Source: Candidatus Tayloriibacteriota bacterium
GTDB lineage: Bacteria > Patescibacteriota > Minisyncoccia > Phycocordibacterales > UBA6065
Length of the DNA: 60,547 nucleotides
Assembly: GCA_016215405.1 (NCBI GenBank)
Contig: JACRJQ010000002.1
Coordinates: 125,597-186,143, forward strand
Direction of reading: 5' to 3'
Position numbers and translations under genes: made by a program. The notes beneath the pieces were generated by a model, which was not told the origin of the DNA, did no database searches, and saw only the letters and a program-made list of their open reading frames with translations. Position 1 is the stretch's first letter, and each line of letters opens with the position of its first letter. This document shows positions 23,703 through 33,600 of this stretch, piece after piece.

Positions 23703-24401
23703 CTAAGACGACCAACCTTTAAGCTCGAGAGCCCGCAAAGCGGCGTTCTGTTCGGCCTCCTGCTTCGACTTGCCCTCTCCTACCGCGATCTGGTCCTTTC
23801 CGATGAGGACTCCGACGGTGAAAGACTTGTCGTGATCGGGGCCCGATTCGCGCACGAGCTTGTATGAAGGAGTGATGCCCGACTTCTCTTGGGCCTTCTC
23901 CTGGAAAAGGGACTTCGCGTCCACCAGATTCCCCCTGGCTATCATCTTGTCCGCGAACACGAGGATGTTGCGCTCGATGAAGGTCTTGGCGGTCTCATAA
24001 TCCTGATCGAGATATATCGCTCCGACCACCGCTTCGAACGTGTTAGCGAGGATGTATTGTCGCGCGCGGCCCGTGTCCTTCGATTCGCCTTTGGACAGGA
24101 GAAGGAAGTCGTTCATAGAGAGGTTCGACGCTACCTCGGCGAGCGTAATCGCGTTCACGAGCGCAGACCGATAGGTGGTAAGCTCCCCTTCCGGCTTGTC
24201 GCCGTACTTCTTGTAGAGGAAGTCTGTGACGACGAGCTCAAGGACCGCGTCGCCGAGGAATTCCAGGCGCTCGTTGTGCTCAAGCCTCGTGTTCTTGTTC
24301 TCGTTTATATAGGAACGGTGGGTGAACGCCTGCTTGAGGAGCCCCTTGTCTTTAAAGGCGACGCTTGCCTTCTCTTCGAACCGGCTAAAATTGATATCCA
24401 T
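23703..24401 (-). CDS. rnc: ribonuclease III
   Basis: HNERLEFLGDAVL signature, LANTFEAVVGAIYLD, C-terminal dsRBD. Confidence 0.98.
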   Translation of the reverse strand: MDINFSRFEEKASVAFKDKGLLKQAFTHRSYINENKNTRLEHNERLEFLGDAVLELVVTDFLYKKYGDKPEGELTTYRSALVNAITLAEVASNLSMNDFLLLSKGESKDTGRARQYILANTFEAVVGAIYLDQDYETAKTFIERNILVFADKMIARGNLVDAKSLFQEKAQEKSGITPSYKLVRESGPDHDKSFTVGVLIGKDQIAVGEGKSKQEAEQNAALRALELKGWSS

Positions 24402-24527
24402 GCTGGGATAATGGGTTAATCCTTAACTTTCAATTATCAACCAATTATTAATTAGAAATCACGAATTAATAACTGAAAATTAATTGCGGTTGATATTACC
24501 TTTTAATGGGAATTCCGCAACCGAGCG

Positions 24528-25427
24528 CTATTTCTTCGGGATGAGCTTTATCGCCTTCGCCATGATCGGCATCATGTCGTCGTAGAAATTAAGCTCTCCT
24601 ATCTCGCCTGCCTTAAACCACTGCGCCTTGTCGAGCCCGCCGGTCTTTTTGAGGGTGAGAGGGCCGTAGGACGTCTCCGCGAGGAAATAGGTCACCTGCT
24701 TCCTGAGCTTTCCCTTTTCGGGATGGGTCGCCACGTATTCGTTCGCCGCGAGCTCTTTGAGGATCTTCACGTCGACGCCGATCTCCTCCTTTATCTTCCT
24801 TATGGTCCCAGCCTTCACGTCTTCGCCGTCTTCGAGGCCGCCCTTCGAGAGCGTCCAGCGGCCGAACACGTCATGCACCAAAGCGAGGTGTATCTCGCCT
24901 TCATGGCGGGAGAACACGACGGCTCCGCCGAGCTTTACGATCGGCATCTTGTCGAACGGCACGTTGAACTTGTCGTCTTTCTTCTTCGACACCGCGTCCT
25001 TTCCCGGCTCTCCGAGCTCCTTGTAGACGGAGCCCAGGACGCCGTTCACGAATTTGCCAGAATTCTCGCCGCCGAACGACTTTGCGAGCTCAATAGCCTC
25101 GTTGATGGCCACTTTCGCGGGCACTTCCTCCCTATCGGCGAACAAAAGCTCGTAGAGGCCGATCCTCAGCACGTTTCGATCGACGACGGAGATCTTGTCG
25201 AGCGGCCAATCAGGGGCCGCCTTGGTGATTATGGTGTCTATCTCCGGACGCTTCTTGACGACGCCAGCGCCGAGCTCTTCCATGAACTTGATATCGGAGT
25301 TTCCTGAGGCGAATTCGGACGCGTTGCGGCCTATGGCATCAGAGAGGATGCCGTCATTGTGGTCGCGGAAGTCCCACTCGAAGAGAGATTGCAGAACGAC
25401 CGAGCGAGCAAGGTGCCTATTTGCCAT
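24528..25427 (-). CDS. nusB: NusB antitermination factor fused to a C-terminal Nudix domain
   Basis: MANRHLARSVVLQSLFEWD...DRNVLRIGLYEL...INEAIELAK...FVNGVLG, followed by WTLSKGGLEDGEDVKAGTIRKIKEEIGV. Confidence 0.92.
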   Translation of the reverse strand: MANRHLARSVVLQSLFEWDFRDHNDGILSDAIGRNASEFASGNSDIKFMEELGAGVVKKRPEIDTIITKAAPDWPLDKISVVDRNVLRIGLYELLFADREEVPAKVAINEAIELAKSFGGENSGKFVNGVLGSVYKELGEPGKDAVSKKKDDKFNVPFDKMPIVKLGGAVVFSRHEGEIHLALVHDVFGRWTLSKGGLEDGEDVKAGTIRKIKEEIGVDVKILKELAANEYVATHPEKGKLRKQVTYFLAETSYGPLTLKKTGGLDKAQWFKAGEIGELNFYDDMMPIMAKAIKLIPKK

Positions 25428-25573
25428 ACAACGTGCTTATATCGTTAAATTGCCTTAGCGTTACGGTATCCATACTACAACTACGTTCGAAAAGCGCAAG
25501 TTCGCCGCCGTGCCGGCGCCTGAGGCTTGTTTGCCTGCACGATAGAAAAAAGCAGCCTCTCGGCTGCTTTTTT

Positions 25574-25798
25574 CTATCGTGCGGTCTGTGCCTCTTTCGC
25601 CTTCTTGGCCTTCTTCTGGGCCCTCTTATCGACGTCGATCGCTACGATGCCTTTATATTTGCCCGTTATCGCCGACGCGCGGTGGCGGAGGTGGACTGTC
25701 CCCGTCTTCGAGTCTACGGTCAAAGCAGGATTCTTGAGCGCGTGATGAGAGCGCCTGTTTCCTGTATGAGACCGCGTGGATCGCATTCGTACTACCAT
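25574..25798 (-). CDS. rpmF: 50S ribosomal protein L32 (cysteine-free form)
   Basis: RMRSTRSHTGNRRSHHAL...HLRHRA...GKYKG. Confidence 0.88.
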   Translation of the reverse strand: MVVRMRSTRSHTGNRRSHHALKNPALTVDSKTGTVHLRHRASAITGKYKGIVAIDVDKRAQKKAKKAKEAQTAR

Positions 25799-25843
25799 AG
25801 GCCATGTACTATAGCAGAAGCCGCAAAAAAGGCAAATCGAGGC

Positions 25844-26659
25844 TTACCTTCCCGCCAAGACCTCTCTGTTTCGGGCTTCTGCAAAGAGCCTTCCTACTTC
25901 AGAAGCGGTAAGTGTCTTCGCGTATACCCTCACTTCGTCGATAAGAGCGTTCGGACTATATGAACCGGCCGGAGACCGAGCGATGTTAAGGGCGCTCGAA
26001 TTGTTCCAACTGTTGCCGCTCGAAGCCGACGTAGAGACGAGCTTGCCGTCGATATAGAGATACCTGGTCCCTCCGCTTACGACTCCGACGAAATGCTTCC
26101 ACACGTTCGTGTCTCCTCCCTGCGCGATATAAGGCGCGTTCTGGGCATTGTACGCGATGAACATAAAGCCGTTGCCGTTGAATCCATAAGACGGAGCCGC
26201 ACCGTTAAGAAGACTATCCCCTTTATGCAAGAAAACCGCGCTCGCCGTGCTTCTCAGGTATATCCACATGGAGACGGTGAAGTTGTCGGCAAGGTCGAGA
26301 GAGGAGGAATCCGGCACGAGGACATAGCCTGCGCCGCTGACGTCGAGAGAGCAGCCTCGACCATACGGGGTATTAGCCGACCATGAATACGTGCCCGTAA
26401 GGGTGCCGATGTTCCCATTACCCGACCTGTCCGCCGCCACAGTGCCGGCGCACTCGTCGAAATCCCAAATCGCGGCCGCAGAGTCGCCCGCAGCGCGATG
26501 GACCCCCGAATCGAACTGCTTCCCTGCCGTCACCCTCGCCTTATCTCTCGCAGAGTTGAGAGACGAAAGGACCACGCTCGAGAGGAGCGAGATTATAGAG
26601 ATCACCACGAGAAGCTCTATGAGCGTGAAAGCCTGCCTGTAGTTCGAACGCTTGTTCAT
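25844..26659 (-). CDS. pilin-like protein with LamG/ConA-like domain, #3
   Basis: MNKRSNYRQA|FTLIE; WDFDECAG...FTVSMWIY...WKHFVGV...LYIDG...IDEVRVY; start overlaps the rnhB stop (ATGA). Confidence 0.92.
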   Translation of the reverse strand: MNKRSNYRQAFTLIELLVVISIISLLSSVVLSSLNSARDKARVTAGKQFDSGVHRAAGDSAAAIWDFDECAGTVAADRSGNGNIGTLTGTYSWSANTPYGRGCSLDVSGAGYVLVPDSSSLDLADNFTVSMWIYLRSTASAVFLHKGDSLLNGAAPSYGFNGNGFMFIAYNAQNAPYIAQGGDTNVWKHFVGVVSGGTRYLYIDGKLVSTSASSGNSWNNSSALNIARSPAGSYSPNALIDEVRVYAKTLTASEVGRLFAEARNREVLAGR

Positions 26660-27252
26660 AGGATCGCGGTTAGAAAGCTCTTTCGATGTAAGGGCGAGAC
26701 GCCCTGCTTTTTGATCGCGAGGTAATGAGCATTCGTGCCGTATCCTTTATGGGCTTCGAATCCGTAATCAGGATAGGATACGGCCTGCTCTTCCATATAC
26801 CTGTCCCGCGTGACCTTGGCCGCGATCGAAGCGGCGGATATCACAGGGACCTTCTCGTCGCCCTTTATTATGGTTTGCTGCGAGGCGAACTCTTTCGGCG
26901 CCCTAAGGGATCCGTCGAGGTATACGTCCGAAAGCTCCGGGTCGAGGCCCAAGGCGCCGAGCGCCTCTGACATGGCCTTCTCTATCGCCTTCGATATCCC
27001 TATGGCGTCTATCTCGAAAGCAGGTACGGACGCACAGGCGAAATCGAGCTTTCCTTGAGCCTTAAGCTCGGTGAGCTTAAGGAACCACGACTCTCTTTTT
27101 TTCTGCGAGAGCTTCTTGGAGTCCCGTATGCCCTCGAAAGACCTGAGATCGAATCCCTCAGGCACCACACAGACGCCGACAGTGACCGGACCGGCCACAG
27201 GCCCGCGACCGACCTCGTCTATCCCTACCGCGCACCTGGAGCTTATGGGCAT
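26656..27252 (-). CDS. rnhB: ribonuclease HII
   Basis: GIDEVGRGPVAGPV, DSKKL, DGS, KGDE, ISAASIAAKVTRD, HKGYGT, HRKSF; true start MPISS at 27252. Confidence 0.96.
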   Translation of the reverse strand: MPISSRCAVGIDEVGRGPVAGPVTVGVCVVPEGFDLRSFEGIRDSKKLSQKKRESWFLKLTELKAQGKLDFACASVPAFEIDAIGISKAIEKAMSEALGALGLDPELSDVYLDGSLRAPKEFASQQTIIKGDEKVPVISAASIAAKVTRDRYMEEQAVSYPDYGFEAHKGYGTNAHYLAIKKQGVSPLHRKSFLTAIL

Positions 27253-27767
27253 GGATTCTTCTTTAAAGGGATCAGAATCTCGAAATCGTCTCCGCCTCCT
27301 GTGGCGCCGTCGGGACCATAGGACATGATGCCGTCTTGGCGGCAATCGTTCGCGCCTCCTTCGCCTTCGTTCTCGTCTATACCGTACGGAGAGCCCCAGG
27401 GGTCTCTGTCCATATTCGTAAGACCGGTGACGACGCCGTTCGTATTGGTCTGCACCGCGTTTCTCACCGCTATCCAATTCGTATAACAGGCGCCGGACGT
27501 CCCCGATACGACGCCGGAACAAGAGCACCTGCTGCAGGTCGTATTGTTCGACCCGCTGCCTGCCGATATCTGGACCAATGTCTTATTCGACTCGCCTTGG
27601 GCCACCGCTACAGCCTTCGCGAATTGAAGCATCTCCTGACGCGCTTTCGATATCCTCGCCTTTGTCCTCGCCGCATTGAGCGAAGCGAGGACCACAGAGG
27701 AAAGGAGCGATATGATCGAGACGACCACGAGGAGCTCTATGAGGGTGAAGGCTCGCTTCTTATTCAT
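27243..27767 (-). CDS. pilin/pseudopilin-like protein, six-Cys GspG-like type, #4
   Basis: MNKKRA|FTLIE; CSRCSC, DPWGSPY, SYGPDG, C-terminal CP. Confidence 0.9.
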   Translation of the reverse strand: MNKKRAFTLIELLVVVSIISLLSSVVLASLNAARTKARISKARQEMLQFAKAVAVAQGESNKTLVQISAGSGSNNTTCSRCSCSGVVSGTSGACYTNWIAVRNAVQTNTNGVVTGLTNMDRDPWGSPYGIDENEGEGGANDCRQDGIMSYGPDGATGGGDDFEILIPLKKNPCP

Positions 27768-27804
27768 ATAGAAAGATTATAGCAAAGCGAACAAGGGCGG
27801 CCTT

Positions 27805-28335
27805 CTAGGGGCATTTTGGCGAAAGAGGGATGGTGATCGGACTCGCGACGTCGTCGCCTCCTCCAGACGCGCCGTCCGGACCGACGGAATATATGGTATC
27901 CGACGCCGTGCAATTCCCTCCCTCGCCCTGATTCTCGTCTACGAGATATGGGCTCCCCCACGGATCTCGAGACATGTTGGCGAGCCCTGTGACGATGCCG
28001 TTCGTATTCGATTGCACCCCGTTGAGCACCGCTACCCAGTTGGTGTAGCAGATCCCGGTGCTTCCTCGCAGGTCTCCCGAGCACGAGGCTACGCACAGGC
28101 TGCAGTTAGGTACCGTGCTCCCGCCGTTCGACGACATGGTCATGAGCAATTTCGATGACTCCCCTTGAGCTATAGCGACCGCCTTTATGAAGGCAGCCAT
28201 ATCCTGTTTCGCCTTTGCTATCCCTGCCTTCGTCCTCGCCGCGTTAAGGGACGCGAGAGCGATACTCGAGAGAAGCGAGATTATAGAGACCACCACCAAA
28301 AGCTCGATAAGGGTAAACCCCTTTCCCCGTTCCAT
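27805..28335 (-). CDS. pilin/pseudopilin-like protein, six-Cys GspG-like type, #5
   Basis: MERGKG|FTLIE; CSLCVASC, DPWGSPY, SVGPDG, PKCP. Confidence 0.9.
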   Translation of the reverse strand: MERGKGFTLIELLVVVSIISLLSSIALASLNAARTKAGIAKAKQDMAAFIKAVAIAQGESSKLLMTMSSNGGSTVPNCSLCVASCSGDLRGSTGICYTNWVAVLNGVQSNTNGIVTGLANMSRDPWGSPYLVDENQGEGGNCTASDTIYSVGPDGASGGGDDVASPITIPLSPKCP

Positions 28336-28371
28336 AGATGCGATTATAGCAAAACGAGCCTGAAAATAAGC

Positions 28372-28887
28372 CTACGGGCATTTCGCCGAAAGCGGGACCT
28401 CCTGCGTGATGTCGTCAGAATCTCCCCATATCCCGTTAGGGCCGACCGATCGCAAGCCATCCCTCGTAGCACACGCGCCGGCGCCACCCTCTCCCTGATT
28501 CTCATCGACAGCGTAAGGGCTTCCCCAAGGGTCGCGTGTAATATTGGTAATCCCTGCGAAGACCCCTCCGGTGTTCGCCTGAACCGTCGTAAGCACGTTT
28601 ACCCACGCTGAATAACAGGTCCCCGTGTCTCCCATGAGATTTGCTCCCGTCCGACAGACGCAGTCGCTGCAAGTCGACCCTGTGATGGACAAGAGCGTCC
28701 TGAAACCCTCGCCTTGAGCGATCGATATAGCCTTCGCGACCTGATACATATCCTGCCTGGCTCTAGACGTCCGGGCCTTCTCCCTCGCCGCATTGAGCGA
28801 AGCGAGGACCACAGAGGAAAGGAGCGATATGATCGAGACGACCACGAGGAGCTCTATCAGAGTGAATGCTTTACGGCGACCCTTCAT
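28372..28887 (-). CDS. pilin/pseudopilin-like protein, six-Cys GspG-like type, #6
   Basis: MKGRRKA|FTLIE; CSDCVC, DPWGSPY, SVGPNG, AKCP. Confidence 0.9.
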   Translation of the reverse strand: MKGRRKAFTLIELLVVVSIISLLSSVVLASLNAAREKARTSRARQDMYQVAKAISIAQGEGFRTLLSITGSTCSDCVCRTGANLMGDTGTCYSAWVNVLTTVQANTGGVFAGITNITRDPWGSPYAVDENQGEGGAGACATRDGLRSVGPNGIWGDSDDITQEVPLSAKCP

Positions 28888-28894
28888 TGAAATC

Positions 28895-29689
28895 TTATTT
28901 AAGCGATACAGTCTTAGTTGCCGGTGATTCGAGGGCGTAGATAGCCTCGATCTCAGAAGCGACGAGGCCCTTTTGGAAAGCGCGAACACTCGTCACCTTG
29001 CCTTGGAAATAATAGCCTCCCCCTTCGTTCTCGAGTCCTATCCAAACCGCACCCGAGCCGCCACCGAAAGAGGCGCTCCCAGCTTCTTTGCCGTCGAGGT
29101 ATATCTTGCCCGTGCCGCCCGAATAGACGTAGGCCATATGGTGCCATTTCCCGTCCCACGCGTTCGTGCCGACCGCGACAGCGGAGTTGTATCCTCCGTC
29201 TTGGACGCCGACGTTGAGGCCTCCACAGTTCTTACCTACGTAAAAATCGGTGCTCGCCCCGCCGAACAAGGCGCGATAGCAATCTCCCGCCCCGCCTTCG
29301 TATTTGTACCAGGCCATTATCGTGAAAGGATTCTGGTTCGATCGGCTCAGAGGAGTCGTCATATATTGCGTCGATCCGTTGAGGTTGATGGAATACCCCG
29401 TTCCCCACGGCGTGTCCGTAGACCAAGAGGGGCTCCCCACGAGCGTGCCTCCATTGCCGTTTCCCGACCTGTCCGCAACAGCCGTTCCCGAACCCTCAGA
29501 GAAATCCCAGAGGCCCAAAGCGAGCTCCCCCGCCACGCGATGGAGCCCTGCTTCAAAGGATCTCGCCGCGCCTATCCGCGCCTTTTCCCTCGCCGCGTTA
29601 AGCTGCGACAAGACCACGCTCGAAAGGAGCGATATGATCGAGACGACCACGAGGAGCTCTATGAGGGTGAATGCTCTTCTATCTTTCAT
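28895..29689 (-). CDS. pilin-like protein with LamG/ConA-like domain, #7
   Basis: MKDRRA|FTLIE; WDFSEGSG...FTIMAWYK...WHHMAYVY...IYLDG. Confidence 0.92.
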   Translation of the reverse strand: MKDRRAFTLIELLVVVSIISLLSSVVLSQLNAAREKARIGAARSFEAGLHRVAGELALGLWDFSEGSGTAVADRSGNGNGGTLVGSPSWSTDTPWGTGYSINLNGSTQYMTTPLSRSNQNPFTIMAWYKYEGGAGDCYRALFGGASTDFYVGKNCGGLNVGVQDGGYNSAVAVGTNAWDGKWHHMAYVYSGGTGKIYLDGKEAGSASFGGGSGAVWIGLENEGGGYYFQGKVTSVRAFQKGLVASEIEAIYALESPATKTVSLK

Positions 29690-30506
29690 AGGCGATGAGC
29701 TTTTGCGAGCCTTTCGTATAGAGCTCTTCTATCTTCGCTATCGAAAGGGCGTCTGAATATACGGAGACCTCGTCTATGAGGCCATTCCAAAGGAGGCCCG
29801 TGCTCCCCGAATAGTGCCTTCCGATGTAGAACTGATTTGTCGACAGAAGGGTCCATGTGATGTTCCCGGAATTGCTTATGAGCCTCCCGTCCTTGTACGC
29901 CATCACCTTGAGCACATTGCCCTGCCTTTGGACTACGCCGAATATCCATTTTCCATCCATATCCGACCCGAGATCGATATAGACCCCTTCGTTCTCCGTG
30001 ACCCCGACCCTCATTATCCCGAATTGGTTGGTATTATTCCTCATAGTCATGATCGCGGTATCGCTCGTGCCGACCGAATTCGAGAATACGGTCCCCCAAG
30101 TCGTCTGAGCGCTCCTCTTGAACCAAGCTGTGATGGTGAAATCGCCTGAGAAGGTGCCCGTAGGGATCGAACCGAGCAGATACGCGTTCGAGCCGTTGAA
30201 AGAGAGAGAAGAGCCCGTGCCAGAGACGGTATCGCTCGACCAAGCCGGCGATCCCTGGAAGGCGCCCGAGCTTCCATTCCTCGAAAGATCGCGAGCGCTC
30301 GTCCCCGAATTGTCGTCGAAATCCCATATGCCCCTCGCGTCTCCGCCGAGAGACCGATTGAACTGCGCCGAAAATCTCAACGCCGCTGCCTTCTGCGCTT
30401 TTGCTCGCGCGGAATTTATCGAGGCGAGCACGATAGACGACAAAAGCGATATGATCGATATCACGACGAGGAGCTCTATCAGTGTGAACGCGCGGCGAGG
30501 GACCAT
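29679..30506 (-). CDS. pilin-like protein with LamG/ConA-like domain, #8
   Basis: MVPRRA|FTLIE; WDFDDNSG...FTITAWFK...WNGLIDEVSVY. Confidence 0.92.
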   Translation of the reverse strand: MVPRRAFTLIELLVVISIISLLSSIVLASINSARAKAQKAAALRFSAQFNRSLGGDARGIWDFDDNSGTSARDLSRNGSSGAFQGSPAWSSDTVSGTGSSLSFNGSNAYLLGSIPTGTFSGDFTITAWFKRSAQTTWGTVFSNSVGTSDTAIMTMRNNTNQFGIMRVGVTENEGVYIDLGSDMDGKWIFGVVQRQGNVLKVMAYKDGRLISNSGNITWTLLSTNQFYIGRHYSGSTGLLWNGLIDEVSVYSDALSIAKIEELYTKGSQKLIAYER

Positions 30507-30649
30507 ATCCCTATTATGCCACAGGGGGCAGGCCTCCATATTTCACAATCCGCGGAGGCTTTTTAAGGCTAGATACTCTCTGCGATATGGCTTATACTGA
30601 TGCCATGTGATCGATCGCAAGGCTCTGCCCTTGGCGTTCCACACCCTCT

Positions 30650-33600
30650 ATGTCTCGCTTCATCCACCTTCACACCCATTCCCACTACTCGCTTTTGGCC
30701 GCTTTGCCGAAGATCGAGGACTTGGTGAAGGCGGCGAAAGCCGACGGCGCCCCCGCGCTCGCGCTTACCGATAACGGAAATCTCTACGGCGCGATCGAGT
30801 TCTATAAGGAGTGCAAGAAAGCGGGCATCAAGCCCATCATCGGCGTCGACTTCTACGTCGCGCCGAGGACGCGCAAAGACAAGCAGTCAGGCATCGATTC
30901 TCGCCGGACGCGGCTCATCCTCCTCGCAAAGGACTATCAGGGATACAAGAACCTCATACAGCTCGTGACGAAAAGCTACCTCGAGGGCTTCTATTACAAG
31001 CCGAGGATAGACCGCGAGCTCATCGAGGCGCATAAAGATGGCCTCATCGCGATAACTTCGGCATTCTCGGGCGACCTCACGCTCGCCCTCCAAGGAAACG
31101 ACATTTCCAAAGCCGCCGAGATCGCAGAGGGGTACAAGAAGATATTCGGGTCCGACTACTACCTCGAGATAACGCACCATCCCGATATCGACGACCACGA
31201 CACCCTCATGGAAAGGACGAAGGCGGTGGCAAAGAAGGCCGGAGTCCCTCTCGTCGCCGGAGGAAACGTCTACTATATAAAGCCTGAAGACAAACAGGCG
31301 CAGCAGACCTTGATGCTCGTGAACTCCTCGGGCGACGATCGCATATCCGACGACGATGTCGCGGACTTCTCATTCATCTCCGATGCTGCCGCTCAAGAGC
31401 GTTTCCGCGACACGCCCGAGGCCATCGCCAACGCGGAGAGGATCGCGAGCGAATGCAACCTGGAGATAGAGCTCGGAAAATGGGTCTTCCCGGACTTCAA
31501 GCTGCCCGCAGGCGAGACTCCCGACTCCGCCCTGCGCAAGGTCGTCTACGAGGGCTTTGCTCGAAGAAAGATCGACCAGACGCCCGAGATCGTCAAGCGC
31601 GTCGAATACGAGCTCGAGGTCATAAAGAACAAGGGATATTCTCCTTACTTCCTCATCGTGGCCGACCTCCTCGCCTACGCGCGATCGCACGGGATCCTCT
31701 CGAACATCAGAGGGTCGGTCTCGGGCTCCATGATCACCTACCTCTCCGGGATAACTAATATCGACCCCCTCGAATACGAGATACCCTTCGAGCGATTCCT
31801 CAATCCCGACAGGCCTTCGGCGCCGGATATCGATATGGATTACGCCGATAATCGCCGCGACGAGATGGTGGATTACGCGCGCTCGAAATACGGCATCGAG
31901 AAAGTAGCCCAGATCGGAACTTTCGGCACCATGGCCGCGCGCGGCTCCGTGCGCGACGTCACCCGCGCCCTGGGATACTCCGTCGAGACGGGCGACAGGC
32001 TCGCCAAGCTCATACCTATGGGCTCTCAGGGCTTTCCTATGACGATCGACAAGGCGCTCGAAGACGTGGCAGAGCTGCGCGAGCTCTATCAAAAGGACGC
32101 CGACACGAAGCGCATCATCAACCTCGCGAAGAAGATCGAAGGGTGTGCCCGCCACATCTCCGTCCATGCCGCAGGCGTCGTCATAGCGCCTACCGAGCTC
32201 ACCGATTTCACCGCGCTCCAGTACGACACCAAGGGTGAGCAGAAAATCATCTCGCAATACGATATGTACTCCATCGAGGAGGCTGGCCTTCTCAAATTCG
32301 ACTTCCTCGGCCTCAAGAACCTCTCGATCCTCGCCGATGTCATCGACCGAATCGAGAAGATCGAGGGAAAGAAGGTCGACCGCGAGAGCGTGCCGATAGA
32401 CGACAAGAAGACGTTCGAGATGCTCGCCCGAGGCGAGACCGAAGGCCTCTTCCAATTGAACGGCGACGGTATGACGAAATACCTCAAGGACCTCAAGCCT
32501 ACGACCATCCACGATATAAACGCGATGGTGGCTCTCTATCGCCCGGGCCCGATCCAGTTCATCCCTCTCTATATCGACCGAAAGCACGGCCGGTCGCCTA
32601 TCGAATACCCTGACCCAGCCCTCGAGCCGATCCTCAAAAAGACCTACGGCGTCCTCGTCTATCAGGATGACCTCCTCATGATCGCTCACAAGATCGCCGG
32701 CTATTCATGGGGAGAGCTCGACAAGTTCCGCAAGGCCGTGGGAAAGAAGATCCCCGAAGAGATGGCCGCGCAGAAGGAGAAGTTCGTGAAAGGCTGCGTC
32801 GAGCACAGCAAATGGGCTCCGAAAAAGGCGAACGAGCTCTGGAAATGGATCGAGCCTTTCGCCGCGTACGGCTTTAACAAGGCCCACTCCGTCTCTTACG
32901 GCCGAGTCGCCTATGAGACCGCGTACTTCAAGGCGAACTACCCCGCGATATACATGTCGGCGGTCCTTACCGCAGATTCGGGCGACGTCGAGAGGATCGG
33001 AGAGTCGATCGCCGAATGCAAACGCATGAACATCCCCGTCCTGCCTCCGTCCGTAAACGAAAGCTTCACGGCGTTCTCCGTCGTGCGAAAGGATGGCGAG
33101 CCCGACAGGATACGCTTCGGACTGACGACGATCAAGAACTTCGGCGAAGGGATCGCCCGCGCCATAATCCACGAGCGAAAAGCGAACGGAAGGTATAAGT
33201 CCCTTTCGGATTTCCTCTCGCGCATTCACGACAGGAACCTCAACAAGAAATCGCTCGAATCCCTCATAAAGGCGGGCGCCCTCGACGAATTCGCAGACCG
33301 CGCGGCCATGTACGGGAATATCGACAGGCTGCTCGAATACAACAAAGAGAAGGCAAAAACAGGCGGAGCTCAAGACTCCCTCTTCGGAGGCATGGGAGCG
33401 GGACACGATGATATCCGGCTCGATACGGTCGCGCCTATCACCAAGGCAGAGATGCTCCTATGGGAAAAGGAGCTCCTCGGCCTCTATATCTCAGGACACC
33501 CTTTGGATAAATACAAATCCGTTCTCGAGAAGCGCCCGGTACAGATTTCGACCGTCAAAGCGAAGGCGCTCAAGGAATTCGAAGAGACTCAAAAGGTCAA

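Noticed and set aside
21956-28989. N-terminal extensions in the ORF track for pilins #1, #2, #6, and for rnhB (also alkA-like, pheT and rpoB)
   Set aside because: Extensions overlap neighbouring genes or promoters; family motifs and -10 spacing point to the downstream ATGs.
21956-30506. Pilin cluster as a DGR target, shufflon or integron array
   Set aside because: No reverse transcriptase, no adenine-only template/variable repeat pair, no recombinase, no inverted cassettes and no attC-like sites seen in the window.
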